Positions 1 to 10,429 of a stretch of 64,000 nucleotides of DNA are shown here, in pieces. Below the pieces are notes generated by a model that saw only the letters and a list, made by a program, of their open reading frames with translations, did not search any database and was not told the origin of the DNA. Made by a program: the position numbers and the translations under genes. The DNA comes from Candidatus Latescibacterota bacterium (GTDB lineage: Bacteria > Latescibacterota > UBA2968). The stretch spans positions 4,736,001 through 4,800,000 of the forward strand of contig OZ242311.1 of the NCBI GenBank assembly GCA_965207885.1, written 5' to 3'. Numbering within the stretch: position 1 is the stretch's first letter; each line of letters opens with the position of its first letter.

Positions 1-271
1 TCTCGAAGATCCGACGCGAGAACACCGCACAGAAGCGATATCGGAATACGGTGGGGAAATTATGTTGTTGGATCGCGAATGGAAAATCGCGCTGAATCGC
101 GAGGGACAGCCCTATTTGCTTTTTAATGTGCAAGAAGATCCCGGTGAGGTGAATAATCTCGCGGGTTTGCCCGAGATGGCCGAGGTTGAGAATCAACTGC
201 GCCTGCGGATTCTCGATCGCGTGGCTTCGTCACAGGTTTTGTCGGGGGCGCATTTTGCGTTGGGGACATGA
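1..271 (+). CDS. Sulfatase-family hydrolase, C-terminal part (truncated by window edge)
   Basis: C-terminal LFNVQEDPGEVNNLA motif typical of sulfatases; lies directly upstream of another sulfatase. Confidence 0.7.
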   Translation, partial: LEDPTREHRTEAISEYGGEIMLLDREWKIALNREGQPYLLFNVQEDPGEVNNLAGLPEMAEVENQLRLRILDRVASSQVLSGAHFALGT

Positions 272-280
272 GGAGGCGCG

Positions 281-1774
281 ATGTTTGAGGGCAATCCGCA
301 TATTATTTTTGTGATTACAGATCAGCAGCGTTTTGATACCATTCACGCCTGGGGATATGATTATATGGTTACGCCCACGCTGGATCGGCTCGCGCGTGAG
401 AGCGTGTCGTTTCGCCAGGCGTATTGTCCCGGTGCGACGTGTGTGGCGTCGCGGGCGGCAATTTTTACGGGTATGTACCCGCATACGACGGGCGTTTATA
501 GTTTTGATCACTGGGCAAATCACCGGAACTGGGTGCAGGATTTATCGGATGCGGGCTACTATTGCGTGAATATTGGCAAGATGCACTTGACTCCGCGCGA
601 TGTTCCCGGCGGATTTCACGAGCGCGTTATTGTGGAAAATCCCACGAATAAGGCGCTGGATGGCGGTGGGGCAGATGACGATTGGGGCAGGTATATGACG
701 TTTCACAGTGTGAAGCGGCCCAATGATCGCAATAAGGCAGATCCCGAGTGGCTCAACAAATGTCAGGGGGTTGTGTGGCACGAGGAGGAGCGCTTTCACA
801 GCGATGTGTTTATCGGCAATTCTGCGTTGAACTGGATTCGCAATCACCAGGGTGATAAACCGCTGTTTTTACAGATCGGTTTTACGGGACCTCACGAGCC
901 CTGGGATCCCTTGCCGCGTCATCTGGATCTGTATCGCGACCGGGAGATGCCGCCGTGTGTAAAGCGCGATGGGGAATTGGAGGATAAGCCGCCGCAACAT
1001 GCGGCGCATCTGGATATGCACGCGACGACTGATCACGAATCGCAAATCGATTTGCGCGGGCGTACAGATGATGAACTCGCCGAGATGAAGCGGCATTATT
1101 ACGGGAATATTTCGACGGTTGATGAAAAGCTGGGCGAGATTATGGATGCTCTGCAAGCGCGGGGGTGGTTGGAGAATAGTTTGTTGATTTTTTGTTCCGA
1201 TCACGGCGAGATGCTGGGCGATCACGGGTTGGCGTATAAGTGGTTGATGTACGATCCGATTGTGCATATTCCGCTGATGATTCGCACGCCGCAGTCTGTT
1301 GATCGTCCGTGCGAAACGCGCGATCTGGTTTCGCTTATGGATCTGGGTCCGACGATTTTAGAGGCTGCGGGGGTAGCTGTTCCGACCTATTTGGAGGGCC
1401 GCTCTTTGATGCCGTATTTGAATGGGGAGACGCCCGTGCCTCGAAAATACGTTTTTTGCGAGGATAATTATCAGATTATGATGCGGTCACAGACCCATAA
1501 GATGGTGTATTATATCGGGCAAGCAGAAGGCGAGTTGTATGATTTAGATCGCGATCCCGGAGAGTTGTGGAATGTTTGGGATAGGTCTGAATACGCCGAT
1601 GTGAAAGGCGAGATGTTCACAGATTTGCTCAGTTGGATGGCGACGAGCAATTATTACAATGCCGGATACAAACGCCAGCGCAGCAAACAATATCGCATGC
1701 GATGGCCCTCGAAAAACGACGCGTATTTGCACGGGCGCAAAGGACAGCCAAAACCCCGGGCTGTCGATTTGTAG
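281..1774 (+). CDS. Sulfatase (formylglycine-dependent family)
   Basis: N-terminal IIFVITDQQR, CVASR signature (CxAxR variant), GKMH, PHEP, SDHGEMLGDHG, LYDLDRDPGE; RBS gaggagg. Confidence 0.9.
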   Translation: MFEGNPHIIFVITDQQRFDTIHAWGYDYMVTPTLDRLARESVSFRQAYCPGATCVASRAAIFTGMYPHTTGVYSFDHWANHRNWVQDLSDAGYYCVNIGKMHLTPRDVPGGFHERVIVENPTNKALDGGGADDDWGRYMTFHSVKRPNDRNKADPEWLNKCQGVVWHEEERFHSDVFIGNSALNWIRNHQGDKPLFLQIGFTGPHEPWDPLPRHLDLYRDREMPPCVKRDGELEDKPPQHAAHLDMHATTDHESQIDLRGRTDDELAEMKRHYYGNISTVDEKLGEIMDALQARGWLENSLLIFCSDHGEMLGDHGLAYKWLMYDPIVHIPLMIRTPQSVDRPCETRDLVSLMDLGPTILEAAGVAVPTYLEGRSLMPYLNGETPVPRKYVFCEDNYQIMMRSQTHKMVYYIGQAEGELYDLDRDPGELWNVWDRSEYADVKGEMFTDLLSWMATSNYYNAGYKRQRSKQYRMRWPSKNDAYLHGRKGQPKPRAVDL

Positions 1775-1821
1775 AGGGTGACATACAAGATGATCGCAGA
1801 CTTGTGAGAAGAGGAGACGCA

Positions 1822-2613
1822 ATGGCGACGCTACAACTGAAAGTGCAGTACTTCCAAGACAGCACGCCCCCAGAAGTGCCCTGCCGTGAGGAAAATTTCG
1901 TCGTGCGGGAACTGGATTTCGCCCTGCCAGTCGAGCAGACGGCGCTCGTGCTAATCGACCTGTGGAACGTGCATCACATCGACAGCTGGATCGAGCGCGC
2001 CGAGGCGGTGACCAAGGAAGTGATTGCGCCGCTTATCGGGCGCGCGCGCGAATACGGCCTGACTATCGTGCAGGCACCCAGTCCCGGAGTACTGGCCAAT
2101 TTCCCGGATAAGTACGAGGTGTACCAAGGCTGCACGCCCGAGCCTGAACCGGGGCCGCCGCCGAGTTGGCCGCCAGCCGAGTTCCGCAACCGGCAGGGGA
2201 CGTACGCCTGTTTCCGGGGGCCGCGCAACCAAGAGCCGGGCATTGATCTTTATTGGCAGAGCCTAACCGGGCAACTCGATCTTTCGCCCCACATCGCCGT
2301 GGAGGAAGGGGACTTTGTCGTGGGCACGGGCCAGCAACTGCACGATTTGTGCCAAGAGCGCGGCATTCTGCATTTGCTCTTCGCCGGCTTTGCGACCAAC
2401 TGGTGTATATTGGGCCGCGACTACGGGGTTCGCGCCATGCGCGGGCGGGGCTATAACACCATTTTGGTGCGAGACGCCACGGACGGGGTGGAATTTCCCG
2501 ATACACTAGAGGCTAAGTGGGCCACGGAATTGGCCGTGCGCGAAGTCGAGCAAGTGCATGGCTTTTCCACCTCGACAGCCGATTTTTACGCCGCCTGCAC
2601 CGCTTTGGATTGA
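1822..2613 (+). CDS. Isochorismatase/cysteine hydrolase family protein
   Basis: TALVLIDLWN and AGFATNWCI (catalytic Cys), LVRDAT. Start moved to ATG 1822 after RBS gaggag. Confidence 0.75.
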   Translation: MATLQLKVQYFQDSTPPEVPCREENFVVRELDFALPVEQTALVLIDLWNVHHIDSWIERAEAVTKEVIAPLIGRAREYGLTIVQAPSPGVLANFPDKYEVYQGCTPEPEPGPPPSWPPAEFRNRQGTYACFRGPRNQEPGIDLYWQSLTGQLDLSPHIAVEEGDFVVGTGQQLHDLCQERGILHLLFAGFATNWCILGRDYGVRAMRGRGYNTILVRDATDGVEFPDTLEAKWATELAVREVEQVHGFSTSTADFYAACTALD

Positions 2614-2636
2614 TAGGATAGTAGTATTGACTGAGG

Positions 2637-2677
2637 AAAAAAAGAAGCCCTCCTTTAGCGGGAGGGCTTCTTTTTTT
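2637..2677. terminator. Bidirectional intrinsic terminator
   Basis: A7-gaagccctcc/ggagggcttc-T7 hairpin between convergent genes. Confidence 0.85.
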
Positions 2678-2696
2678 AATTTTTCCCCATGGGATT

Positions 2697-3893
2697 TTAC
2701 ACAGAAACGACTTGTCGCGCGTCTTCGATTTCGGCGTCGAGGTTGCCCGACAGGTCGTTGTTGTTGAGGTGAATGCGGTCGGCTTTTTCGCCGATGTGAA
2801 CACCTATGCGCTGTGTTGCTGTTTCGTCATTGCCAATGCGATTATTTGTGAAGGTGAGATCGTGGGTTTCGCCCAGGATGCGCACGCCATAGCCTTTGTT
2901 TTTGTCGCCATTGTCGAGAATTTGATTGTTCTCAAAGGTGTTTCGGTGCCCACCCATGGGTTCGGTTTCATTGCGGAAGAGTATGCCTTCACAGCCGTTA
3001 CGCAGTGATCGGTTGTTGGAAAACAGATTGTCGGTGTCTTTGTGACCAATGGAGATGCCCGTGTCGCCGTTGCCGATGAGGTCGTTGTTTTCAAAGACAC
3101 CGTGTTTGACGCGCCAGCACAGAAAGAGGCCAATGCGACCGTTGTTTTCCGAGCGGCAGTTGCGGATGATAGGGTGCTGGCTGCCGCTGCCCGGGTGTAG
3201 GCCCAGGTGGGTATTGCCCGTGCAGGTGCAGTTTTCGACTGTGACGTGCTGGCTCTGCTGGAAGCTGATGCCATCGCCGTGATAATTTTTGATCGCGCAG
3301 TTTTGTATCGCTGTATGGTGCCCGCGGTAGAGAAATATGCCGGCGCCGCGGCAACCGTTGAGGTGCGGGTTGTTTTCGCCGTTGCCATCTACAGTCAGAT
3401 TTTCTATTCGAGCATTTTCGATGTGGTAGCCGCTGATGACCGGGAAGGTGGTTGCAGCGCGCGCATTGCGAGAGACGAGGTAGTCGCCTCCCATAGGCAC
3501 ATTGACGCCAAAGGTGTTGTCCTTTTGCCAGAGGATGGTACCGACGGCGGTGTGGAATCCACCGCCCTTATCGTCTGTGATGCTGACGCCGTAGCCCACT
3601 TTGAATCCATCGGAATTTTTAAGGGTGATCTGTTCTTCGCCGAAATCTCCGTCGAGGAGAAGTGGGGCCTCAATGCCGTTTGCCTTCCACAATGTGGTAT
3701 TTTCGCCCTGTCCTTTGACCGTGATGTTGCTGCGGAGATGGAGCGCGTCGCGCATGATGTACGTGCCGGATAGGATTTCAACTGTGCCTCCGCCGAGCGC
3801 AGCCGTGTAATCGACCGCTGATTGCAACGCGCGATTGTCATTGCCGATGATGTCGGCATTTTTTTGTCCGACGGTGATGTGTAAGCCAGTCAT
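2697..3893 (-). CDS. Right-handed parallel beta-helix protein (pectate lyase-like, putative polysaccharide-active)
   Basis: ALQSAVD..GGGTVEI N-terminus and repeated I.NC...N.G.GI beta-helix turns. Confidence 0.8.
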   Translation of the reverse strand: MTGLHITVGQKNADIIGNDNRALQSAVDYTAALGGGTVEILSGTYIMRDALHLRSNITVKGQGENTTLWKANGIEAPLLLDGDFGEEQITLKNSDGFKVGYGVSITDDKGGGFHTAVGTILWQKDNTFGVNVPMGGDYLVSRNARAATTFPVISGYHIENARIENLTVDGNGENNPHLNGCRGAGIFLYRGHHTAIQNCAIKNYHGDGISFQQSQHVTVENCTCTGNTHLGLHPGSGSQHPIIRNCRSENNGRIGLFLCWRVKHGVFENNDLIGNGDTGISIGHKDTDNLFSNNRSLRNGCEGILFRNETEPMGGHRNTFENNQILDNGDKNKGYGVRILGETHDLTFTNNRIGNDETATQRIGVHIGEKADRIHLNNNDLSGNLDAEIEDARQVVSV

Positions 3894-3908
3894 GGGAATC
3901 TCCGTGGG

Positions 3909-4952
3909 TTAATCGATGCGAATTTCCTGTCCGGTTTCGCCACTTTCGAGCACGGCTTCCATCATTTGCTGCACCTGATATCCGTGACGCAGGGGTGCTT
4001 CGCAGGTTTTGCCGTCGAGGATGCAGTCGATAAAGTGGCCCGCAATGCGGTCCCATGCCTGGGTTGCAAGCGGGATATCGACGGCGATGTCGTGTGGGAC
4101 GCCGTCCTGTGTTTTGTAGATTTTGAGGGGGCGGAATTGTGCGCCTGCTTCGTCGCCAAAGAGTTCGATCTGGAGTTCATTGGGCTGATGAGATGCCCAG
4201 AAGCTTTCGACCTGAAGACCCGCGCCGTTTTCAAAGCGGATGAACCCACCGGCATAGTCGTCAGCGGCGTATTGTTCGTAGGTGCTGCGCGGGACTTGTC
4301 TAAAGCCCCAATAGCCGCGTCCGCGCGGTCCAAATTTTGCGCCGCACACGCCTGTGACGGTGGCGGGTTTGGGCATGCCGAGCAAGTACCACACGGCGTC
4401 GAGGACGTGGACGCCCATGTCGCGGAATGCGCCGCCGCCTTTTTGGATGAATCCGAGGTTCCACGCGGGGATGCCGCTTCGGCGCACGCTGCGGGCGCGG
4501 GCATAGTACAGGTCGCCAAAATAGCCTTCGCGCGCGAGGTTGCCCAGATACTGGCACTGGTCGGAGAATCGGGTGGAGAGCGACATCATGTTGACGACGC
4601 CAGATGCTTCGGCGGCTTCGACGAGTTTTTGTGCTGCCTCTTCAGAGTCCGATAGCGGTTTGGTGACCATGACGTGTTTGTCATTTTTGACGGCTTCGAG
4701 TGCGATGGGCACATGCCACTGGTTTGGGGTGCCTACAAATACCGCGTCGATGTCGGGGTCTTTACACATTTCTTTGTAATCGGTGTAGAATTTCTGTTCG
4801 CCGGGCAATTCGCGGGCAAAATCTTCCATTCTTTCGGGGATCAGGTCGCATAGTGCGACGACTTCGCCGCGTTCATTTTTCGCAAGGGCGCGGCCATTGG
4901 GTTTGCCAATGCCCATACCGACGACACATACGCGGACTTTTTTTTCTGGCAT
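3909..4952 (-). CDS. Gfo/Idh/MocA family oxidoreductase
   Basis: VVGMGIG Rossmann motif, HVMVTKP, GGGAFRDMGVH. Confidence 0.9.
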   Translation of the reverse strand: MPEKKVRVCVVGMGIGKPNGRALAKNERGEVVALCDLIPERMEDFARELPGEQKFYTDYKEMCKDPDIDAVFVGTPNQWHVPIALEAVKNDKHVMVTKPLSDSEEAAQKLVEAAEASGVVNMMSLSTRFSDQCQYLGNLAREGYFGDLYYARARSVRRSGIPAWNLGFIQKGGGAFRDMGVHVLDAVWYLLGMPKPATVTGVCGAKFGPRGRGYWGFRQVPRSTYEQYAADDYAGGFIRFENGAGLQVESFWASHQPNELQIELFGDEAGAQFRPLKIYKTQDGVPHDIAVDIPLATQAWDRIAGHFIDCILDGKTCEAPLRHGYQVQQMMEAVLESGETGQEIRID

Positions 4953-5056
4953 GATGCACTCCTGGTGTTAAATTGGATGGGTTGTAAGAATGCGCCCTGT
5001 ATTATGCAAAAAAAAGAGGGATTTACCAATATAATTTCACGGAAAGGATATGTGTT

Positions 5057-6181
5057 ATGCTCACTATAGAAGGTTGTTGTAATCGGCAGCAGCGATTTCG
5101 AGCGCGTCTCTCCGAGGAGGGGATTGACGCGGTTATTATTACAGATTATCGGGATATCTACTATTTGACCGGTGTGCTTCTGTCGGCATATCCATCGTTT
5201 TCTTTTCCCGCGCTTCTGTATTTGGAGACCGAGGGAGGATCGTGGCTGGCGTCAACGACTGACGAAGGGGATGCGGCTGTGGATGAGCGCGTGGTGTACG
5301 ATTCTCATGTGCTTTACACTATGAATCCCGATCCGATGCGCTTGCTGAATGCGGCTGTGGCGCAAAAGCTCCGCGATTACCGGGGTATTTCTCGTTTGGG
5401 CTGGCAGCAGGAAGCCACGCCCAAGTTGCTCTCCGATACAATAGCAGATGCTCTGGGTGGCGAATGGGTGGGGATAGACGATTTGCTGATTGCACAGCAG
5501 ATGAGTAAGGATGCCGATGAAGTTGCGATGTTGCAAAAGGCGATTGATATTAATCTGCGGGCTTATGACCGCGTGCAAGAGGTGATTGCGCCGGGTGTGA
5601 ATGAACTGGATGTGCTCGCGGCGGGTCAGCAGGTCGCGCTGAATGCCGCGGGTGAGGTGTTGCACCACGGGGGTGATTACCAGTGCGGGCAATTGGGTGG
5701 GCCTGCCAGAGATCGGATTATTGAAGATGGGGAGTTGTATGTTATTGACGCACAGACAGAATATCACGGGTACTGGTCCGATCTGTGCCGCACTTTTGCC
5801 GTGGGCGATCCCACAGATTTGCAGGCGTCGGTGTACGATCTTTTGAAAGCTATTTTAGAGGATGTTCCCAATCTGGTAGGGCCTGGTGGACGGGGGACTG
5901 TACTGTGGCATACGATTGATGAGAGAATCCGCGAGCATCCCCATTTGTCCGATATTGGACTGATTCATCACGCGGGACACGGCGTGGGGATTCGCGCACA
6001 CGAGCCGCCCGATTTGAATCGGGACCGAGAGGGTATTTTTGAGGTGGGTACGGTCTTTTCCTGTGAGCCGGGTGCGTATAGCGAGGCATTGAACGGGGGC
6101 ATTCGGTTGGAGAATACGTTTTTGGTGACGGAAGATGGGGTGCAGAATCTGACGAATTATCCGCTGGTGTTAAAGCGGTGA
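5057..6181 (+). CDS. M24 family Xaa-Pro peptidase
   Basis: YWSDLCRT, HHAGHGVG..HE, EPGAY, GIRLEN. Confidence 0.88.
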   Translation: MLTIEGCCNRQQRFRARLSEEGIDAVIITDYRDIYYLTGVLLSAYPSFSFPALLYLETEGGSWLASTTDEGDAAVDERVVYDSHVLYTMNPDPMRLLNAAVAQKLRDYRGISRLGWQQEATPKLLSDTIADALGGEWVGIDDLLIAQQMSKDADEVAMLQKAIDINLRAYDRVQEVIAPGVNELDVLAAGQQVALNAAGEVLHHGGDYQCGQLGGPARDRIIEDGELYVIDAQTEYHGYWSDLCRTFAVGDPTDLQASVYDLLKAILEDVPNLVGPGGRGTVLWHTIDERIREHPHLSDIGLIHHAGHGVGIRAHEPPDLNRDREGIFEVGTVFSCEPGAYSEALNGGIRLENTFLVTEDGVQNLTNYPLVLKR

Positions 6182-6204
6182 AATAGAGAGTACAGGTCGC
6201 CTGC

Positions 6205-7194
6205 TCAGAGTGTGAGCACATTGCCCGTGTCCGCAGCTTCACGTGCTTGTAGGCACAGGCGCGTGACTTTTATGGCTTCGTCGGGACCGATGATGTGAGG
6301 TGCTGTGCCCGTGCGTTCACCGTGGAGGTTGACGAGGAAATTTTCTTCGGGTGGCAGGGGCAAGTCGCGTGGTGCTTCGCCCGAGCGTATCAGATGCGTG
6401 CGGTCGTCGATGACTTCGATGACGCCTTCTGATCCGGCGATTCGGAGGCGGTCGTCGCCGTGGGTGGGTGCTGTTGGGGGGCGCAAATAATCGAGGTTGA
6501 TCATTGCCGTGCCGCCATTGCTCAGGCGGAAGAGCATGCCGCCGTGGTCTTCACAGCCGGGATAATCGGGATGGGCGAGGTTGCCGTGAAGCGCGGCGAC
6601 TTGTGTGTATTCACGCCCGGTTGTCCAGCGCGTGTAATCGACGGCGTGGATTGCGACCCAGGGGATTGTGCCGCCATAAGTTTCTCGCTTTTTGAAAAAG
6701 TCTGGGCGCGTGCCAAAGCGATAGGATTTTTGCGCGGTTGCCAGAATGGGTTCGCCGATGAGACCATCTTGAACTGCCTGGTGTGCTGCGCGAAATGCGG
6801 GGGATAGTCGCAGGCCAAACATGGCGGTGAGGCGAATTCCGCTGTTGTTGACCGCTTTTTCAAGGGCGTCGAGATCTTTCAGGGTGGTTGCAACGGGTTT
6901 TTCACTGACGATGTCGATTCCGCGGTTTGCCGCGGCTATTGAGGCTTCGGCGTTGAGGGAATACGGACGACATATACTGACGAGATCGATTTCTTCGGTG
7001 TCGAGCATGTGGCGATGGTCGTCATACAGGCGGGTGTGTGCGGTGAATGCTGCGTGAGCTTTGACTTTGGCGAGGGTGTCGTCGGGATGCCCTTTGGCAC
7101 AGGCGATGAGTTGTGCGCCGGGGATGTGCGCGATGCCGTCGAGTACCATGTTCTGATGTCCGTCGCTGCCGATTTGTGCAATTTTGAGTGGCAT
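6205..7194 (-). CDS. Gfo/Idh/MocA family oxidoreductase
   Basis: Start at MPLKIAQIG (RBS aggag), SEKP motif, GGTIPWVAIHAVD. Confidence 0.85.
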   Translation of the reverse strand: MPLKIAQIGSDGHQNMVLDGIAHIPGAQLIACAKGHPDDTLAKVKAHAAFTAHTRLYDDHRHMLDTEEIDLVSICRPYSLNAEASIAAANRGIDIVSEKPVATTLKDLDALEKAVNNSGIRLTAMFGLRLSPAFRAAHQAVQDGLIGEPILATAQKSYRFGTRPDFFKKRETYGGTIPWVAIHAVDYTRWTTGREYTQVAALHGNLAHPDYPGCEDHGGMLFRLSNGGTAMINLDYLRPPTAPTHGDDRLRIAGSEGVIEVIDDRTHLIRSGEAPRDLPLPPEENFLVNLHGERTGTAPHIIGPDEAIKVTRLCLQAREAADTGNVLTL

Positions 7195-7253
7195 GGTGTT
7201 CTTGCTCCTGTTGTTGAGATTTGGAATGATGGCTTTAATTAACGGAGGAATAA

Positions 7254-9173
7254 ATGCTTTCGCAAAAGTATTCGGAAGACGTGTTAAAAGATATTTTGAT
7301 TCCGCGGGATGACTGGCAGCCTTTTCCCACGGCGCTGACGCGCTATGCTTGGGATGCATTGCCAGACGCGGTTCGGCAGGCGCAAATTGCGCGGGGGGAA
7401 GATCGCCTAAATTTTGAATGGCCGGGTGTGCCTGCGGTGCGGTTTTTGGATTATGCGCGCAATGGGAATCGCTCGCGGTACGAGAGTTTGAGTTTTGGGC
7501 GGCGCATGGCGCTGTCCGATCTGGTTCTGGCAGAGTGCGTGGAGGGCAAAGGCAGATTTTTGGATGATATTACCAATGGTATCTGGTGCATTTGCGAGGA
7601 GTCTTTTTGGGGTGTGCCCGCGCATATTGGTGTGCAAAAGGCGGGTAGTGGCTTGCCGGATACGGCTGATCCGATTGTCGATCTGTTTGCCGCAGAAACG
7701 TCGGAATTGCTGGCGTGGACGGTGTATTTGTTGGGCGCGCAACTCGATGCAGTTTCGCCTTTGATTGTGCCGCGCATTGCGCGTGAGATGCAATATCGTA
7801 TTTTGACGCCTTTGTTGGAGCGCGAAGATTTTGGCTGGATGGGATATTCGGGTGCGCGCGTGAACAATTGGAATCCGTGGATTGTGTCGAATTGGTTGAC
7901 TTCTACTTTGTTGATGGAGACCGATGAAGCGCGGCGGGTTGCTTCGGTGTTTAAGGCGATGCAGACAGTGGATAATTTTATCGATCCGTATCCGAAGGAC
8001 GGGGGATGTGATGAGGGCCCGGGCTATTGGGGGCGTGCGGGGGCATCGCTTTACGATTGTTTGGAGTGGCTTTACAGTGCAACGGGTGGGTCAATTGATG
8101 TGTACGATGAGCCGCTCGTTCAGAATATTGGCAAGTTTATCTATCGGGTGCAGATTGCGGATCAATATTTTATCAATTTTGCCGATGCGTCACCTGTGGT
8201 GATGCCGGCTTTTGCGGTTGTCTATGGCTATGGCAAGCGCATTGGGGATGACGCGATGGTGGCTTTCGGCGCGTGGTCTGCAAAACAACAGGGCGTTGCC
8301 GAGAAGGGTCTTTCGGAGTCTTTTGGGAGCATGGGGCGCGCATTGCCCGCGCTGTTTTCTCTGAATGAGATTCTCGATGCAGAAGCTGCGCAGCCGTTGC
8401 CGCGCGATGTGTTTTTGGACGAGATTGAGGTGTTTGTCGCTCGCGATCAAGGGGGTTCGACAGATGGCTTTTTTGTGGGGGCAAAAGGCGGGCACAATGC
8501 CGAGAGTCACAATCACAATGATATCGGGCATGTGGTGGTTTATTTAGATGGCAAACCCGTGCTTGTGGATGCGGGGGTCGAGACTTATACGGCTAAGACG
8601 TTTAGCAGTGAGCGGTATGACATTTGGACGATGCAATCCCAATATCACACGTTGCCGACGGTGAATGGACAGATGCAGATTCCCGGGCGGGTTTATTCGG
8701 AGGCGGGGATTGATTATCACTACGATATTGCCGCTCAGGATGTGTCTTATGCGGCGAGTGAGGCGGATGCGACGTTCACGTTGGATCTGGCACAAGCCTA
8801 TCCGCCAGAGGCTCAGATTGATTCTTGGATGAGGACGGTTGTTTTGCATCGCGGCGAGGGTGTGACGATTGCAGATCAATATGCGTTAAAAGCCGTGACG
8901 GGCGATGTTGTGATGAATGTTTTGACGGCGTGTGGTGCTGAGGATATCGGCGATGGGACAATCGCGTTGAACGAGGTAGAGTTGGCGGATGGACGAGTAT
9001 CAGGCGCGGCGCGTTTGCACTACGATGCGGATGTATTCGATGTGGCGATTGAAGATATTGCGATTGAAGACGCGCGATTGAAGACTATTTGGGGCGATTT
9101 GTTGCGAAGAATCACGCTGACGGTTAAGAATCCCGAGCCGCAGGGTGGGTGGACGATTCGAGTGACGCGGTGA
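7254..9173 (+). CDS. Heparinase II/III family polysaccharide lyase
   Basis: NNWNPW, DGGCDEGPGYW, NFADA, KGGHNAESHNHNDIG, VDAGVETY. Confidence 0.85.
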   Translation: MLSQKYSEDVLKDILIPRDDWQPFPTALTRYAWDALPDAVRQAQIARGEDRLNFEWPGVPAVRFLDYARNGNRSRYESLSFGRRMALSDLVLAECVEGKGRFLDDITNGIWCICEESFWGVPAHIGVQKAGSGLPDTADPIVDLFAAETSELLAWTVYLLGAQLDAVSPLIVPRIAREMQYRILTPLLEREDFGWMGYSGARVNNWNPWIVSNWLTSTLLMETDEARRVASVFKAMQTVDNFIDPYPKDGGCDEGPGYWGRAGASLYDCLEWLYSATGGSIDVYDEPLVQNIGKFIYRVQIADQYFINFADASPVVMPAFAVVYGYGKRIGDDAMVAFGAWSAKQQGVAEKGLSESFGSMGRALPALFSLNEILDAEAAQPLPRDVFLDEIEVFVARDQGGSTDGFFVGAKGGHNAESHNHNDIGHVVVYLDGKPVLVDAGVETYTAKTFSSERYDIWTMQSQYHTLPTVNGQMQIPGRVYSEAGIDYHYDIAAQDVSYAASEADATFTLDLAQAYPPEAQIDSWMRTVVLHRGEGVTIADQYALKAVTGDVVMNVLTACGAEDIGDGTIALNEVELADGRVSGAARLHYDADVFDVAIEDIAIEDARLKTIWGDLLRRITLTVKNPEPQGGWTIRVTR

Positions 9174-9191
9174 TGTTGGATTTCCGGAACT

Positions 9192-9230
9192 AAAAGAGGA
9201 GCAAGGTCACACGGGCTTGCTCCTTTTTTT
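9192..9230. terminator. Intrinsic terminator between convergent genes
   Basis: aggagcaag/cttgctcct stem followed by a T run. Confidence 0.75.
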
Positions 9231-10323
9231 ATTCGATTAAGGCTTCGGAGATGGCGTCGTGAAATTCGGGACGGAGGTGGGCAATTTGAATGTTCTCGCG
9301 GGTGGGGTGTACGCGGTTGGTGAGGAGGATGACGCCGAGGTCTCGTATGGGGTCTCCCCATACGGATGTGCCGGTGAATCCGAGGATGCCGAAGGATTTG
9401 TCGCTAAAGTAGCGGCCGCTCGAACTTGCGCCGGGTGAGACGGTGTCCCAGCCGAGTGCCCAGGTGCTGTTGGACGCGATATTGGCGCGGGTGGTGAATT
9501 GTGGAATGCTCTGTTTGGGAAAGATGCCTGTGCCGAGCCATGCGAGCAGGCATTTCGACAGGTCAGGCGCTGTGGAAAAAAGACCGGCGTGGGAGGCGAT
9601 ACCACCCATTGCGGCGGTGTTTTCATCGTGGACTTCACCGTGTACGAGGTGATCGCGCAAGTCGGAGCCATCTTCCGTGGGCGCAATGCGGTGTTTGAGA
9701 TGGGGCGGTGGACAGTACAATGTGTCGTTCATTTTGAGCGGTTCGAATATGTGCTGTTTGACGAGGTGATCCAGGCGATGCCCGCCGATGGTTTCGAGGA
9801 TTTTACCCAGGGTGAGAAAGCCAAGATCGCTGTACACGGTGTCTGTGCCGGGTTCATAAATTAAGGGGTGTTGGCAGGCTGCGTTGAGCATGGCATCGCG
9901 GATGTCAATATCGTGCGTTGTGCTTTGGTTTTCGTACAGGTGAACATGTGCGGGCAGGCCGCTGCAATGGGCGAGCAGGTGCCGGACTGTGACGCGATTT
10001 TTGTTCTTTCCGGTGAAGGAGGGTACATAATATTGCACGGATGCGTCGAGATTGAGGCGATCTTCATCGGTAAATAACATGCAGAGTGTTGTGGTGGCGA
10101 TGACTTTGGTGACGGAAGCGAGGTCGTAGAGAGTATTGATTTGCACGGGTGTGGCGTTGGGTTGATAGGTATGGTGGCCCACAGCCCAGCAGGTGACGAT
10201 GCCCGCACGGCGCAGGACGAGACCGACAGCACCGGGGGTGGTGCGGGTATGCACATGGTGTTGTAACACTTGACGAGCGCGGTCGAGTTTTTGAGAATCA
10301 AAACCGAGTTGTTCGGGTGTCAT
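9229..10323 (-). CDS. Serine hydrolase, beta-lactamase class C-like family
   Basis: YDLASVTK (SxxK), LLAHCSGL, YSDLGF, GEVHDENT, HAGLFST, LLTNRVHP. Start at MTPEQLGF. Confidence 0.87.
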   Translation of the reverse strand: MTPEQLGFDSQKLDRARQVLQHHVHTRTTPGAVGLVLRRAGIVTCWAVGHHTYQPNATPVQINTLYDLASVTKVIATTTLCMLFTDEDRLNLDASVQYYVPSFTGKNKNRVTVRHLLAHCSGLPAHVHLYENQSTTHDIDIRDAMLNAACQHPLIYEPGTDTVYSDLGFLTLGKILETIGGHRLDHLVKQHIFEPLKMNDTLYCPPPHLKHRIAPTEDGSDLRDHLVHGEVHDENTAAMGGIASHAGLFSTAPDLSKCLLAWLGTGIFPKQSIPQFTTRANIASNSTWALGWDTVSPGASSSGRYFSDKSFGILGFTGTSVWGDPIRDLGVILLTNRVHPTRENIQIAHLRPEFHDAISEALIE

Positions 10324-10429
10324 TTGTGTCTCTCCAGTTCCCAGCCTCTTGCACATCGCGTTTCTGTGTTCTATATTGCTGAAAGTACGAGACAAAAACA
10401 AGGGGAATTTGACAGGGAAAGGTCGTTTT

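Noticed and set aside
1633-1821. N-terminal extensions in the ORF track (also 7195-7359, 10324-10611, 12785-12868, 47379-47528, 58710-58796)
   Set aside because: Most overlap neighbouring genes, and downstream starts with an RBS, signal peptide or family-typical N-terminus fit better.
9229-10323. Bona fide beta-lactam resistance gene
   Set aside because: No signal peptide, YSD instead of YxN and GILG instead of the usual GHTG, so a general serine hydrolase is more likely.
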